From assembly GCA_002428735.1 (NCBI GenBank), contig DIXO01000009.1, positions 4,108 to 68,107 on the forward strand: a DNA stretch of 64,000 nucleotides, in the 5' to 3' direction. The DNA is from Syntrophaceae bacterium UBA6078 (lineage in GTDB: Bacteria; Desulfobacterota; Syntrophia; Syntrophales; UBA2210). The notes beneath the pieces are model-generated. The model made no database searches and was not told where the DNA came from. It saw only the letters and a program-made list of their open reading frames with translations. The translations under genes and the position numbers were made by a program. The stretch's first letter is position 1; each line of letters opens with the position of its first letter. Positions 36,621 to 46,461 of this stretch are shown piece after piece.

Positions 36621-38599
36621 GCGCGAAATCGAGAAAATGGCTTCGATTCAGGGTAGCGTCGATCCTGGTTTTTTCCCTTGTTCTCTACGTGGCGCTGGTG
36701 TCGAGGGCCTTTCAACTGCAGATTGTCTCAGGCGAGACCCTGGGGAAACTTGCAGACAGACAGCATAGAAAAAGCCTGACCCTCTACCCGGAGAGAAGAC
36801 TTATATTCGACCGAAATGGTCAACAGCTCGCGGCCACCGTTATGACAGATTCCGTCTACGTTGACCCCTCGACTGCTGAGGATCGACGGAGGGTTGCGTC
36901 AAAGCTTTCGTCCATACTGGGAGTGAAGAAAGAGAAAATTGTCAAGGCGCTTGCAAATGAGGGAAGTTTCCGCTGGGTTGCCCGCCAGATTTCTCCCGCG
37001 AGGGCTGAGGGTATTCGCGCCCTGAATCTGGAAGGAGTGCACTTGGTGCGGGAGCCAAAGCGATTTTATCCTCATCGGGAGCTGGCGTGCCACCTGCTTG
37101 GATTCGCCGGTCTGGATTCCATCGGCCTCGAGGGGCTGGAACTCAAGTATGACGAGTGCCTGAAAGGCATACCAAAGAAAGTGGTATGGGGCAGGGACGC
37201 GCGAGGGCACAATATCTATCTTGACGAAGGCCCGGGTGGCGCGGTGGATGACAGGAGTTGCAGCATCTTCCTGACGATCGACAGCAAGATTCAGTATATC
37301 GTTGAATCTCAGCTGAGGCGCGCCGTTGAAGGACTTGGCGCGAAGGGGGGGAGCGTTATCGTGATGGATCCGCGGACCGGCGGGGTCCTGGCGATGGCTA
37401 ATGAACCCCGGTTCAACCCCAATGATTTTTCCTCGTACCCGGCTGATGCTAGGCGAAACAGAGCCGTTACCGATTGCTTTGACCCGGGATCGGTGTTCAA
37501 ACCCTTTATCGTGGCGGCTGCGCTTGAGGAAGGGCTCGTCAGCGAGACGGATGTGTTCGATTGTGAAAATGGATCCTATGTGGTCGGAGACCGGGTGATT
37601 CATGAAGCCCAGAGTGAAAAATTCAAAGAGTTGACCATTCCGGAAATCCTCAAATATTCAAGCAATATAGGAACAGTCAAAATTGCCGAACGGCTCGGGA
37701 AGAATCTGGCCCATCGGTACATGACGAAGTTCGGTTTCGGTTCAAAGACGGGAGTCGATCTTCCCGGAGAATCTACAGGGATCCTGAGGAACCCTCGTGA
37801 CTGGCGCGAAGTCGATTTCGCGACCATGGCCTTCGGCCAGGGCATTTCGGTAACGGCGATGCAACTGGCCAGTGGAATGTGCGCTATAGCAAACGGCGGT
37901 GTTCTGATGAAACCGCATGTCGTTCGGCGCCTGGTCAATAAAGAAGGCGCAACAGTCAAGGAGTTCGAACCTGTTCCGCTCGGAACGGTGATATCACCGG
38001 AGACTTCCCGAAAGATCACGTCCATTCTTACCGGGGTGGTTGAGGGAGAGGGGGGAACGGGGAAAAATGCCCATATAGTCAATCTTTCCATAGCGGGGAA
38101 AACAGGAACGTCTCAGAAGTTCGATTTCACTTCGGGAAAATACTCTGCCAAAAAGGTGGCGGCATCATTCATGGGATTTTTCCCCGCCCAAGATCCCCAG
38201 ATGGTAATCCTCGTTGTGCTTGATGAGCCGGAGACGAGCCGGTGGGGGGGGGCTGCCGCCGCGCCGGTCTTTAAAAGGGTCACAGAGCAGATATTGAGAT
38301 GTTCAAATAGCGGCATGGATGTACAGGATTTCGCTGCCGTTGAAACGGTTGGCGAGGCACGGATAATTCCGGCGTCAACTTCCATAACGGATATGGTCTA
38401 TCCTGATCCAGAAGAAGATGAGACGGTGATCCCCGATTTTCAGGGTATGTCTCTCCGGGAAGTTCTGAGGATGGCTCAAAGCAGGAGAATCGAGATAAAA
38501 ACCGCTGGCACTGGCTGGGCCGTCCATCAGAATCCGGCTCCGGGTGTTCCGATAGAGGGAAATCAACCCTGCTATGTGCTCTTCGACAGGGAGGGGTGA
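36617..38599 (+). CDS. ftsI: peptidoglycan D,D-transpeptidase FtsI (PBP3-class) with a C-terminal PASTA-like domain
   Basis: It has a TM anchor and a dimerisation domain. The transpeptidase motifs are SVFKP (SxxK), SSN and KTGT. The C-terminus IPDFQGMSLREVLRMAQSRRIEIKTAGTGWAVHQNPAPG resembles PASTA. Confidence 0.9.
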   Translation: MSAKSRKWLRFRVASILVFSLVLYVALVSRAFQLQIVSGETLGKLADRQHRKSLTLYPERRLIFDRNGQQLAATVMTDSVYVDPSTAEDRRRVASKLSSILGVKKEKIVKALANEGSFRWVARQISPARAEGIRALNLEGVHLVREPKRFYPHRELACHLLGFAGLDSIGLEGLELKYDECLKGIPKKVVWGRDARGHNIYLDEGPGGAVDDRSCSIFLTIDSKIQYIVESQLRRAVEGLGAKGGSVIVMDPRTGGVLAMANEPRFNPNDFSSYPADARRNRAVTDCFDPGSVFKPFIVAAALEEGLVSETDVFDCENGSYVVGDRVIHEAQSEKFKELTIPEILKYSSNIGTVKIAERLGKNLAHRYMTKFGFGSKTGVDLPGESTGILRNPRDWREVDFATMAFGQGISVTAMQLASGMCAIANGGVLMKPHVVRRLVNKEGATVKEFEPVPLGTVISPETSRKITSILTGVVEGEGGTGKNAHIVNLSIAGKTGTSQKFDFTSGKYSAKKVAASFMGFFPAQDPQMVILVVLDEPETSRWGGAAAAPVFKRVTEQILRCSNSGMDVQDFAAVETVGEARIIPASTSITDMVYPDPEEDETVIPDFQGMSLREVLRMAQSRRIEIKTAGTGWAVHQNPAPGVPIEGNQPCYVLFDREG

Positions 38600-38615
38600 A
38601 GAGGGGGGATCCGCC

Positions 38616-40136
38616 ATGGCTCAGATTTCGGACCTGCTTGAAGGAGTGGATACCCTGGAGATACGGGGCGATGTTTCCGGGGAAGCCTCCGGCCTGTTCT
38701 ATGACTCGCGGAAATGCGAGGAAGGATCTCTCTTTGTCGCCGTTTCGGGCGCCCGGTTCGACGGTCATGATTTTATCCCTGAAGCGGTCAAACGGGGGGC
38801 TCGGTATGTGGTGTGCGATCGAGAAGCGGTTCCCCGTTCGCTGCCGGCGACGTGCATACGGGTGAGAGACAGCCGCCTGGCGTTGGCCATCCTCGCAAGG
38901 AATTTCTACGGGGATCCTTCCCGTGATATCTGTCTCATCGGAGTCACCGGAACGAACGGCAAGACGACGATAACGTTTCTTCTCGAGTCGATTCTCACGG
39001 CTGCCGGATGTTCCGTGGGAGTTCTGGGAACGGTAAATTACCGGTACGCGGGCAGGATTTTCCCGGCTTTGCATACGACTCCGGAATCGCTCGACCTGCA
39101 GAAGATGCTCAGAGAAATGGTCGATGCGGGGGTGACGCATGTCGTCATGGAGGTTTCGTCTCACGCGATTGACTTGAAACGGGTCTATGGATGCTCATAC
39201 GACGTGGGGGTATTTACAAACCTTTCCAGCGAGCATCTGGATTACCATCGAACCATGGAGGACTACTTCCGTGTCAAGAAGCGGTTTTTTGATGACGTGA
39301 TCCGTGAACACCCGGCTGTTGTGAACGGAGATAATCCCTGGGGTTTGAGACTGTTCAGTGAGATACGGAGCCCGGTGGTTACTTTCGGATTCGATGGATC
39401 ATGGGATGTTTCGCCTGCGGATGCTTCCCTTTCTCCGGACGGCATTGATGCGAAGATCCGACATAGCGGCGGAGAGTTCGCCATATCCTCCCCTTTAACC
39501 GGAAGATTTAATCTCTCCAACATCCTCGCCTCTTCAGCGACAGCCATGTCGATCGGGATAGGGACGGAAGATATCCGCGCGGGTATCAAAGCCCTTGCGG
39601 TGGTTCCCGGGCGTCTGGAGCGGGTGAGCGGGCGCGATGAACCCGCGGTTTTTGTTGATTATGCCCACACGGAGGACGCCCTGGAAAATGTGCTGGCCAC
39701 GCTTCTGGAGTTCAAAAAAGGGAGGATCATAACGGTATTCGGATGCGGGGGAGACCGGGATTGCACGAAGCGGCCCGGCATGGGGAAGGTGGCGGCGGCA
39801 TTGAGCGATCTGGCAATAATTACCTCCGACAACCCGAGGACCGAAGATCCTCTTGCAATTATCGGTGACATAGAGGGAGGCGTGGGGATCGGTTCAACCC
39901 GGTATACGCCTGAAGAGATCACGAACGGGCTTACGGGAAAAGGATACACGGTGATCGCTGACCGGAAAGCCGCCATACACTTGGCAGTGTCCGTGGCGGA
40001 TGGGGCGGACATCGTTCTGATCGCGGGGAAGGGGCATGAGGACTACCAGATCGTAGGGACCACAAAATTCCCCTTCGATGACAGGATGATTGCCAGAGAG
40101 GCCCTCTATAACCGCAGGACGGGAGGCGTCCATTGA
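38616..40136 (+). CDS. murE: UDP-N-acetylmuramoyl-L-alanyl-D-glutamate--2,6-diaminopimelate ligase
   Basis: Contains GVTGTNGKTT and the DNPR motif (ITSDNPRTEDP), indicating meso-DAP specificity. Confidence 0.93.
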   Translation: MAQISDLLEGVDTLEIRGDVSGEASGLFYDSRKCEEGSLFVAVSGARFDGHDFIPEAVKRGARYVVCDREAVPRSLPATCIRVRDSRLALAILARNFYGDPSRDICLIGVTGTNGKTTITFLLESILTAAGCSVGVLGTVNYRYAGRIFPALHTTPESLDLQKMLREMVDAGVTHVVMEVSSHAIDLKRVYGCSYDVGVFTNLSSEHLDYHRTMEDYFRVKKRFFDDVIREHPAVVNGDNPWGLRLFSEIRSPVVTFGFDGSWDVSPADASLSPDGIDAKIRHSGGEFAISSPLTGRFNLSNILASSATAMSIGIGTEDIRAGIKALAVVPGRLERVSGRDEPAVFVDYAHTEDALENVLATLLEFKKGRIITVFGCGGDRDCTKRPGMGKVAAALSDLAIITSDNPRTEDPLAIIGDIEGGVGIGSTRYTPEEITNGLTGKGYTVIADRKAAIHLAVSVADGADIVLIAGKGHEDYQIVGTTKFPFDDRMIAREALYNRRTGGVH

Positions 40137-41539
40137 AAACTCCCCGGCTCAAGACGAGCGAGGTGATCGCGGCCACCGGAGGAACCCTTGTCAGGGGAAA
40201 TCCCGATGGAGTCTTTGCGGGGGTATCGACCGATTCACGGGAAGTGGCCGAGGGCGCTCTTTTTATTCCTCTGACGGGTGAACGGTTCGAGGGTCATGAT
40301 TTTATCCCCGCTGCGGCGGAAAAAGGCGCAGCGGGAGTGCTCGTTCAGCGGGGAAAGGAGAAGGTGCCGGATACCGCCTTCGGCGGCGCTGCGGTGATTC
40401 TCGTCGACGATACCCTCCGGGCGCTGGGGGATATAGCGCACTGGTGGAGAAGTGGATTTTCGATTCCCATCGTGGCGGTCACGGGAAGTTCCGGCAAGAC
40501 GACGACGAAGGAGATGATTGCCACCGTGGCGGAACGTTGCGGGACGGTTCTCAAGAGTAAAGGGAATTACAATAACCTGATCGGTCTTCCTCTCACGCTT
40601 CTGAAGCTGAACACGGAACATGCGATGGCCGTTGTCGAGATGGGGACCAACAGAAAAGGAGAGATCGGGAGGCTTGCCGCCATAGCCGACCACGACATCG
40701 GCGTTATCACCAATATAGGACCGGCCCATCTGGAGGGGTTCGGGTCGCTCAATGCCGTGATGGAGGAAAAGGGGGGTATTGTTCTTTGCATGAAAGATTC
40801 CGGTGTCGCGGTTATCAACAGGGATGACCCCTTTTCTGTGATAATAGGCGATCGGTGGCGGGGCAGAAACATCAGTTTCGGTATCGAGGGAAATGCCTTT
40901 GTTCGAGCCGAGCGCATCTTTATGAGAGGGGAGCGGGGGGTCAGCTTTACCCTTACTATGGGAGGGATCGGCAGAGGAATCGATATGGCCATCGTGGGCA
41001 GACACAATATATACAACGCCCTGGCCTGCGCCGCTGCCTGCCGGGGCATGGATATCCCCTATGATCTGATCTGTGAAGGTTTGTCGGTATTCAGGCAGAT
41101 CCCGGGCCGCATGGAGATTCATCGGCTGAAGGGGGGTGGTACCGTCATCGACGACACCTATAACGCAAACCCCGCTTCTGTGATTGAAGCCCTCAAGACA
41201 TTGAGTGATCTGAAAGGAAAAGGCGAGAGTGTCGTGATCCTGGGGGATATGCTCGAACTGGGGGAACACGCCGTGACTTTACATGAAGAGGTGGGAAGAG
41301 CCATAGCCGACAGCGGCGTCGGTACCCTCATCCTCAAGGGCAATTTCTCGGAGGCCGTAGCGAAGGGGGCAGTCGAACGGGGGTTGGGGGAAGACCGGAT
41401 ACATTTTGTTGAAACACCTGACAGAATTATCGACACGCTCCGGCCTCTGGTGCGGGAAGGGAACTGGATACTGGTGAAGGGATCGAGAGGCATGAAGATG
41501 GAAGAATTTCTCAACGTCATACTGGAGGAATTCCGGTAA
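40133..41539 (+). CDS. murF: UDP-N-acetylmuramoyl-tripeptide--D-alanyl-D-alanine ligase
   Basis: Contains VTGSSGKTTTKEM and DDTYNANP. Positioned after murE. Confidence 0.92.
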   Translation: MKTPRLKTSEVIAATGGTLVRGNPDGVFAGVSTDSREVAEGALFIPLTGERFEGHDFIPAAAEKGAAGVLVQRGKEKVPDTAFGGAAVILVDDTLRALGDIAHWWRSGFSIPIVAVTGSSGKTTTKEMIATVAERCGTVLKSKGNYNNLIGLPLTLLKLNTEHAMAVVEMGTNRKGEIGRLAAIADHDIGVITNIGPAHLEGFGSLNAVMEEKGGIVLCMKDSGVAVINRDDPFSVIIGDRWRGRNISFGIEGNAFVRAERIFMRGERGVSFTLTMGGIGRGIDMAIVGRHNIYNALACAAACRGMDIPYDLICEGLSVFRQIPGRMEIHRLKGGGTVIDDTYNANPASVIEALKTLSDLKGKGESVVILGDMLELGEHAVTLHEEVGRAIADSGVGTLILKGNFSEAVAKGAVERGLGEDRIHFVETPDRIIDTLRPLVREGNWILVKGSRGMKMEEFLNVILEEFR

Positions 41540-41690
41540 GGGTTTGTTCCGATCCTGTTGTGACGGGAGATGATGCAGGGATGCTGTATATAGTTGTTAA
41601 TTCATTGTTAACCACCACATGCTGTGGTATAGGCGATAGAAGGGTTATCCTCCGCCGATCCTGGAGGGTGTCACGGGGAGAGCGATACGC

Positions 41691-42767
41691 ATGATCTATC
41701 ATCTTTTATATCCACTGAGCGATACGTATTCATGGCTTAACGTATTCCGTTACATAACCTTCAGGACTATTTACGCGGCGATAACCGCTCTGGCCATCTG
41801 TTTCGTCCTCGGCCCTTGGGTAATCGGAAAACTCCAGGCCTTGAGCATCGGGCAGCCGATACGCCATGACGGGCCCAACTCCCATCTCGCCAAGAAGGGA
41901 ACCCCCACCATGGGCGGCGTCCTGATCATCTTTTCCGTTGTTATTTCGGTTCTCCTCTGGTCGCGGCTCACCGTTGGCTATGTCTGGATTATGCTCATGA
42001 TAACAGTGGGATTTGGTCTGATCGGATTCTGCGACGATTGCCGTAAATTGTCAAAGGGGAGCAAAGGGGTTCCAAAACGGATCAGACTTGCCGGAGAGAT
42101 CATACTGGCGCTCGTCGTCAGTATCGTCCTGTACATGGATCCCCACTTCAGCTCGAACATGACTGTCCCCTTCTTCAAGACACTGCTCCCCGACCTTGGC
42201 TGGGGATACGTAATCCTTTCGACGTTTATTATCGTGGGCGCGGCCAATGCGGTCAATCTGACCGACGGTCTCGACGGTCTCGCCATCAGCCCGGCGACGA
42301 TATGTTTCGCAACATATCTCCTCTTCGCCTATTTTGCGGGAAATATCAAACTGGCCGGATATCTCCAGATTCCCTATGTGGCGGGGGTCGGAGAACTTTC
42401 CGTGTTCTGCGGTGCCATGGTCGGCGCCGGACTCGGGTTTCTCTGGTACAACACATACCCCGCCCAGATATTCATGGGCGATACGGGATCGCTCTCGCTG
42501 GGCGGTGCTCTGGGGACCATAGCGATTCTGACGAAACAGGAGATTCTTCTCGCTATCGTGGGGGGGATTTTTGTGGTGGAGACCATATCGGTCATTTTTC
42601 AGGTGGGGTGGTTCAAGGTGTCGAACGGGAACCGGATCTTCAGAATGGCGCCGATACATCACCACTTTGAACTCAAGGGATGGGCCGAGCCCAAGGTTAT
42701 CGTCCGTTTCTGGATTATCTCCGTTATTCTTGCGCTGATCGCCATCAGCACATTGAAACTGCGGTAA
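41691..42767 (+). CDS. mraY: phospho-N-acetylmuramoyl-pentapeptide transferase
   Basis: Contains [22 protein letters not shown] and APIHHHFE. Confidence 0.95.
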   Translation: MIYHLLYPLSDTYSWLNVFRYITFRTIYAAITALAICFVLGPWVIGKLQALSIGQPIRHDGPNSHLAKKGTPTMGGVLIIFSVVISVLLWSRLTVGYVWIMLMITVGFGLIGFCDDCRKLSKGSKGVPKRIRLAGEIILALVVSIVLYMDPHFSSNMTVPFFKTLLPDLGWGYVILSTFIIVGAANAVNLTDGLDGLAISPATICFATYLLFAYFAGNIKLAGYLQIPYVAGVGELSVFCGAMVGAGLGFLWYNTYPAQIFMGDTGSLSLGGALGTIAILTKQEILLAIVGGIFVVETISVIFQVGWFKVSNGNRIFRMAPIHHHFELKGWAEPKVIVRFWIISVILALIAISTLKLR

Positions 42768-42795
42768 GGAACCGGGCGCGGACAGGTGGCAATCC

Positions 42796-44187
42796 ATGGA
42801 TCTGGAAGGGAAAACAGTTCTGGTGATCGGCTTGGGAAGAACGGGGGTGGCAACGGCGCGGTTTCTTCTCGACAAGCGGGCCCGGGTCCTGGCCGCCGAG
42901 GAAAAACCGATTTCAGAACTTGGAGAAGCTATTGCGCCCCTCAAGGGGGTTTCGGGTATCGAGTTCGGGATCGGGCAGAGGGATCTGGATGCCCTGTCTC
43001 GGGTTGATCTGATTGTCCCCTCGCCGGGGGTTGCCCCCTTCAATCCCCTGCTCGCGGAGGGGGCGCGGAGAAACATGCCAATCGTGAGCGAACTGGAACT
43101 TGCCTCCGGCTATGTGAAAAAGCCGATCATCGCTATTACCGGCACCAACGGGAAGACGACGACAACAACCCTCCTCGGCGAGATGCTTTCCCGATGCGGC
43201 AAGAGAGTCTTTGTGGGGGGGAATATCGGCATTCCACTCATATCGCATGTCGGCGGCAGTCAGGAGGAGGATTTTCTGGTGCTGGAGGTCAGCAGCTTCC
43301 AGCTGCAGTGGGTCAGGGATTTTCACCCCTTCATCGCCATGCTTCTCAATGTGAGTTGCGACCACCTCGATTATCACGCCTCTCTTGAGGAATACCGGGC
43401 CGTGAAGGAACGGATATTTGCCCGTCAGGGGCGGGGGGATCTGGCGGTTCTGAACGGAGATGATCCTCTGTCGGTCGACCGTGCGAAAGGGCTGCCTGCT
43501 GAGCATGTGGTTCGATTCAGTTCGTCGTCAAAACTGGCGGAAGGGATTTTTGTGGATGGAGAGTTCCTGAGATACCGACTCGCGGGCCGGGATGAAACGT
43601 ATCCCGTGGGGGCGATACGGTTGAAGGGAGCGCATAACCTGGAAAATATCATGGCCGCCGTTGTTGCCGCGCGGATGTGCGGGTGCCCTGCTGAGAGAAT
43701 TACCGAGACGCTCAATACCTTTATCGGCATTGCTCACCGGATAGAGTTTGCCGGGACGGTGGACGGTGTCGAGTATTACGATGACTCCAAAGGGACCAAC
43801 GTTGACGCCGTATACCGAGCCCTCCAGTCGTTCAACGGGCCGTTGGTTCTTCTTCTCGGAGGGAGATACAAGGGGGGGGATTTTGCAATACTGGAAACGC
43901 TGCTGCGTGAACGGGTGAAGGCCCTGATTGTCTTCGGCGAGGCAGCCTCCCGAATTGAGGCAATGATCGGAAGAATCGTGAAAACCGAACGTGCCGGGAC
44001 ATTGCGCGAGGCTGTCGGCATGGCCCGCCGTATCGCGGCGTCCGGCGACACGGTCCTTCTGTCGCCGGGGTGTTCGAGTTTTGATGAGTTCAAGAACTAT
44101 GAGGAACGAGGCTCCGTCTTCAAGGACATGGTCCAGAGGATGGGTCACGAGAGGAACACAGGGACATGGGCAAAGAGGCTTCAGTAA
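42796..44187 (+). CDS. murD: UDP-N-acetylmuramoylalanine--D-glutamate ligase
   Basis: Contains VIGLGRTG, ITGTNGKTTTT and DDSKGTN. Confidence 0.93.
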   Translation: MDLEGKTVLVIGLGRTGVATARFLLDKRARVLAAEEKPISELGEAIAPLKGVSGIEFGIGQRDLDALSRVDLIVPSPGVAPFNPLLAEGARRNMPIVSELELASGYVKKPIIAITGTNGKTTTTTLLGEMLSRCGKRVFVGGNIGIPLISHVGGSQEEDFLVLEVSSFQLQWVRDFHPFIAMLLNVSCDHLDYHASLEEYRAVKERIFARQGRGDLAVLNGDDPLSVDRAKGLPAEHVVRFSSSSKLAEGIFVDGEFLRYRLAGRDETYPVGAIRLKGAHNLENIMAAVVAARMCGCPAERITETLNTFIGIAHRIEFAGTVDGVEYYDDSKGTNVDAVYRALQSFNGPLVLLLGGRYKGGDFAILETLLRERVKALIVFGEAASRIEAMIGRIVKTERAGTLREAVGMARRIAASGDTVLLSPGCSSFDEFKNYEERGSVFKDMVQRMGHERNTGTWAKRLQ

Positions 44188-45302
44188 CGAGGGGCAGACC
44201 GGACATCACGCTTCTGGTGGTTACGGTCATCCTGGTGGTGATCGGGACCGTGATGATCTACAGCTCGAGTTCCATCATTGCCATGGAGAAATATGGCGAC
44301 GGGTACCACTATATCAAGAAACAGATCGTGTTCGTCCTTCTCGGTTTTGGTGTCATGACAGGGGTATCCAGGATTCCCTACCGCCACTGGGGAAAGGTGG
44401 CGTATCCCGCTGCGCTGGTGTCGGTAGCGCTCCTGACTCTCCTTATTATTCCCGGTTTTGGCACGACGGTAGGAGGCGCCACCCGGTGGTTTCGTATTGC
44501 CGGTATCTCGTTCCAAGTGTCCGAGATGGTGAAGGTTGCACTGGTCATATTCCTGGCCCACTACCTTACGAAGAAGGTCAGCCGCATCAAGGAATTTTCG
44601 CGCGTCTTTCTGGTCCCTCTGGCTCTGCTGCTCATAATTCTCGGTCTTATCCTGCGCCAGCCGGATTTTGGAACGGCCGTCATCATGGTCATGGTCTTCA
44701 TGCTCATGTTTTATCTGGCGGGAAGCCGTGTCACCTATCTCGTCGGACTCGCGGCAACCGCGATCCCCGCGGGAGCCATTCTGATCATGCAGGAAAGTTA
44801 TCGCATGCGCAGGCTGCTCTCCTTCCTCAACCCCTGGGAGGATCCGGGCGGGACCGGATTTCAGATCATCCAGTCGTTTATTTCCTTCGGCTCCGGGGGG
44901 GCCTTTGGTGTGGGAATCGGCAACAGCATGCAGAAGCTTTTTTATCTTCCCGAGCCGCATACGGACTTTATCCTCTCGGTCATCGCCGAGGAGGGCGGGT
45001 TTGTCGGGGTTGTCGTCGTTGTGGTCCTGTTCTCCATTCTTGTGCTTCGCGGGTTCGTGATCTCGTTCCGCTGCGACGATCTGTTCGGGATGCTTCTGGC
45101 ATCCGGATTGACGGCGGTCATTGCCCTGGGAGCGTTTATCAATATGGCGGCCGTTATGGGGCTTGTTCCCACGAAAGGATTGGTGCTCCCCTTCCTCAGT
45201 TACGGGGGAACCTCGCTCATCATGTGCATGATGGTTATCGGAATATTGCTGAACATATCGTCCCGCCGCGGGCAGGAGGAGACCACGGCGGAGGCCGCAT
45301 GA
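44166..45302 (+). CDS. ftsW: SEDS-family peptidoglycan glycosyltransferase FtsW
   Basis: It has 10 TM helices and contains RWF....SFQVSEMVK, EPHTDFI and LPFLSYGGTS. Confidence 0.92.
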   Translation: MGKEASVTRGRPDITLLVVTVILVVIGTVMIYSSSSIIAMEKYGDGYHYIKKQIVFVLLGFGVMTGVSRIPYRHWGKVAYPAALVSVALLTLLIIPGFGTTVGGATRWFRIAGISFQVSEMVKVALVIFLAHYLTKKVSRIKEFSRVFLVPLALLLIILGLILRQPDFGTAVIMVMVFMLMFYLAGSRVTYLVGLAATAIPAGAILIMQESYRMRRLLSFLNPWEDPGGTGFQIIQSFISFGSGGAFGVGIGNSMQKLFYLPEPHTDFILSVIAEEGGFVGVVVVVVLFSILVLRGFVISFRCDDLFGMLLASGLTAVIALGAFINMAAVMGLVPTKGLVLPFLSYGGTSLIMCMMVIGILLNISSRRGQEETTAEAA

Positions 45303-45339
45303 ATGAGGGATCCCAGGGCGAGTCATCCGTGGTGCGCGT

Positions 45340-46461
45340 ATGGAGAAGAGAGAAATCAGGATCATACTGGCGGGCGGGGGAACGGGGGGGCATCTCTTCC
45401 CCGCCATCGCCCTCGCCGAGGAATTTATGGGACGGTCGCCCATGCATAAGGTGCTTTTCATAGGAACCGAGAGGGGCCTGGAGGCCAGGCTTCTTCCACG
45501 ACTGGGTTTCGCGCTTCGAACGATTACCGTGGAGGGGGTGAAGGGCAGAGGCCCCGTAAGGATGCTGGGGAGTCTGCTCAAGATCCCCCGGGGGATGGCA
45601 CAATCCTTTTCGATTCTGCGCGAATTCCGCCCCCATATCGCTCTGGGCGTGGGGGGGTACGCATCGGGTCCCGCGGTACTGGCGGCTCATTGTATGGGCA
45701 TCAAGACGGCCATTGCGGAGCAGAACGCCCTCCCCGGTACCACAAACAGGATCCTGGGGAGGTTCGCGGACAGGGTGTTCCTGACCTTCCCCGACCGGGA
45801 AAGACGGTTTGCGGCCGAGAAGACCGTTGTCACGGGGAACCCCGTGAGGAGGGCGTTTACAGAAGGAATGATCAGAACCGGCCGGGATAAAAGGGCCTTT
45901 TCGATCCTTGTTTTCGGAGGGAGTCAGGGGGCGCGGGCCATCAACCGGGCCGTTATGGAAGCACTGCCCTATCTGGCGGACATGAAAGAGGCGCTGGTAA
46001 TAGTGCACCAGACGGGAGAGAGAGAGGCCGATGAGGTGTCCGCCACCTATCGCGACTATGGCATTCGTGCCGCGGTGCATCCCTTCATCGATGACATGGC
46101 GTCCGCGTACGGGGCGGCAGATCTCCTGATATGCAGGGCGGGAGCGACTTCCATTGCCGAGATAACCGCTATGGGCAGGGCGTCGATCCTGATTCCCTAC
46201 CCCTTCGCAGTGGGAGGACATCAGGAGATGAACGCCCGCGTTCTTGCCGATGCGGGGGCGGCGGAGATGATACTCGAGGAGCGGCTTGATGGAAAAACAC
46301 TTGCCGGGGCCATCCGAAGGCTTGTGGAAAGCCCGGAAGGGGTACGCCGAATGGAAGTGGCCTCCGCACGATGCGGAAATGTAAAGGCGGCGGCCCGCAT
46401 CGTGGATGAGTGCATGGCCTTGCTGGACGGAAAATCGATGGTACAGACGGGGAGAATCTGA
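45340..46461 (+). CDS. murG: undecaprenyldiphospho-muramoylpentapeptide beta-N-acetylglucosaminyltransferase
   Basis: Contains AGGGTGGHLFPAIALAEE, GGSQGA and RAGATSIAEI....A.ILIP. Confidence 0.93.
   Translation: MEKREIRIILAGGGTGGHLFPAIALAEEFMGRSPMHKVLFIGTERGLEARLLPRLGFALRTITVEGVKGRGPVRMLGSLLKIPRGMAQSFSILREFRPHIALGVGGYASGPAVLAAHCMGIKTAIAEQNALPGTTNRILGRFADRVFLTFPDRERRFAAEKTVVTGNPVRRAFTEGMIRTGRDKRAFSILVFGGSQGARAINRAVMEALPYLADMKEALVIVHQTGEREADEVSATYRDYGIRAAVHPFIDDMASAYGAADLLICRAGATSIAEITAMGRASILIPYPFAVGGHQEMNARVLADAGAAEMILEERLDGKTLAGAIRRLVESPEGVRRMEVASARCGNVKAAARIVDECMALLDGKSMVQTGRI

Noticed and set aside
38280-43076. Further long antisense ORFs across ftsI, murE, murF and mraY (for example 38280-39164, 40235-41269 and 42051-43076).
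   Set aside because: They show the same GC-driven shadow-ORF pattern and overlap strongly supported Mur and MraY genes.
43991-45581. Very long alternative-frame and antisense ORFs over ftsW/murG (490 aa on plus at 43991-45463, 466 aa on minus at 44181-45581).
   Set aside because: Their translations are Arg/Gly/Pro/His-rich low complexity, typical of out-of-frame reading of GC-rich genes. They fully overlap ftsW and murG, whose translations carry canonical motifs.
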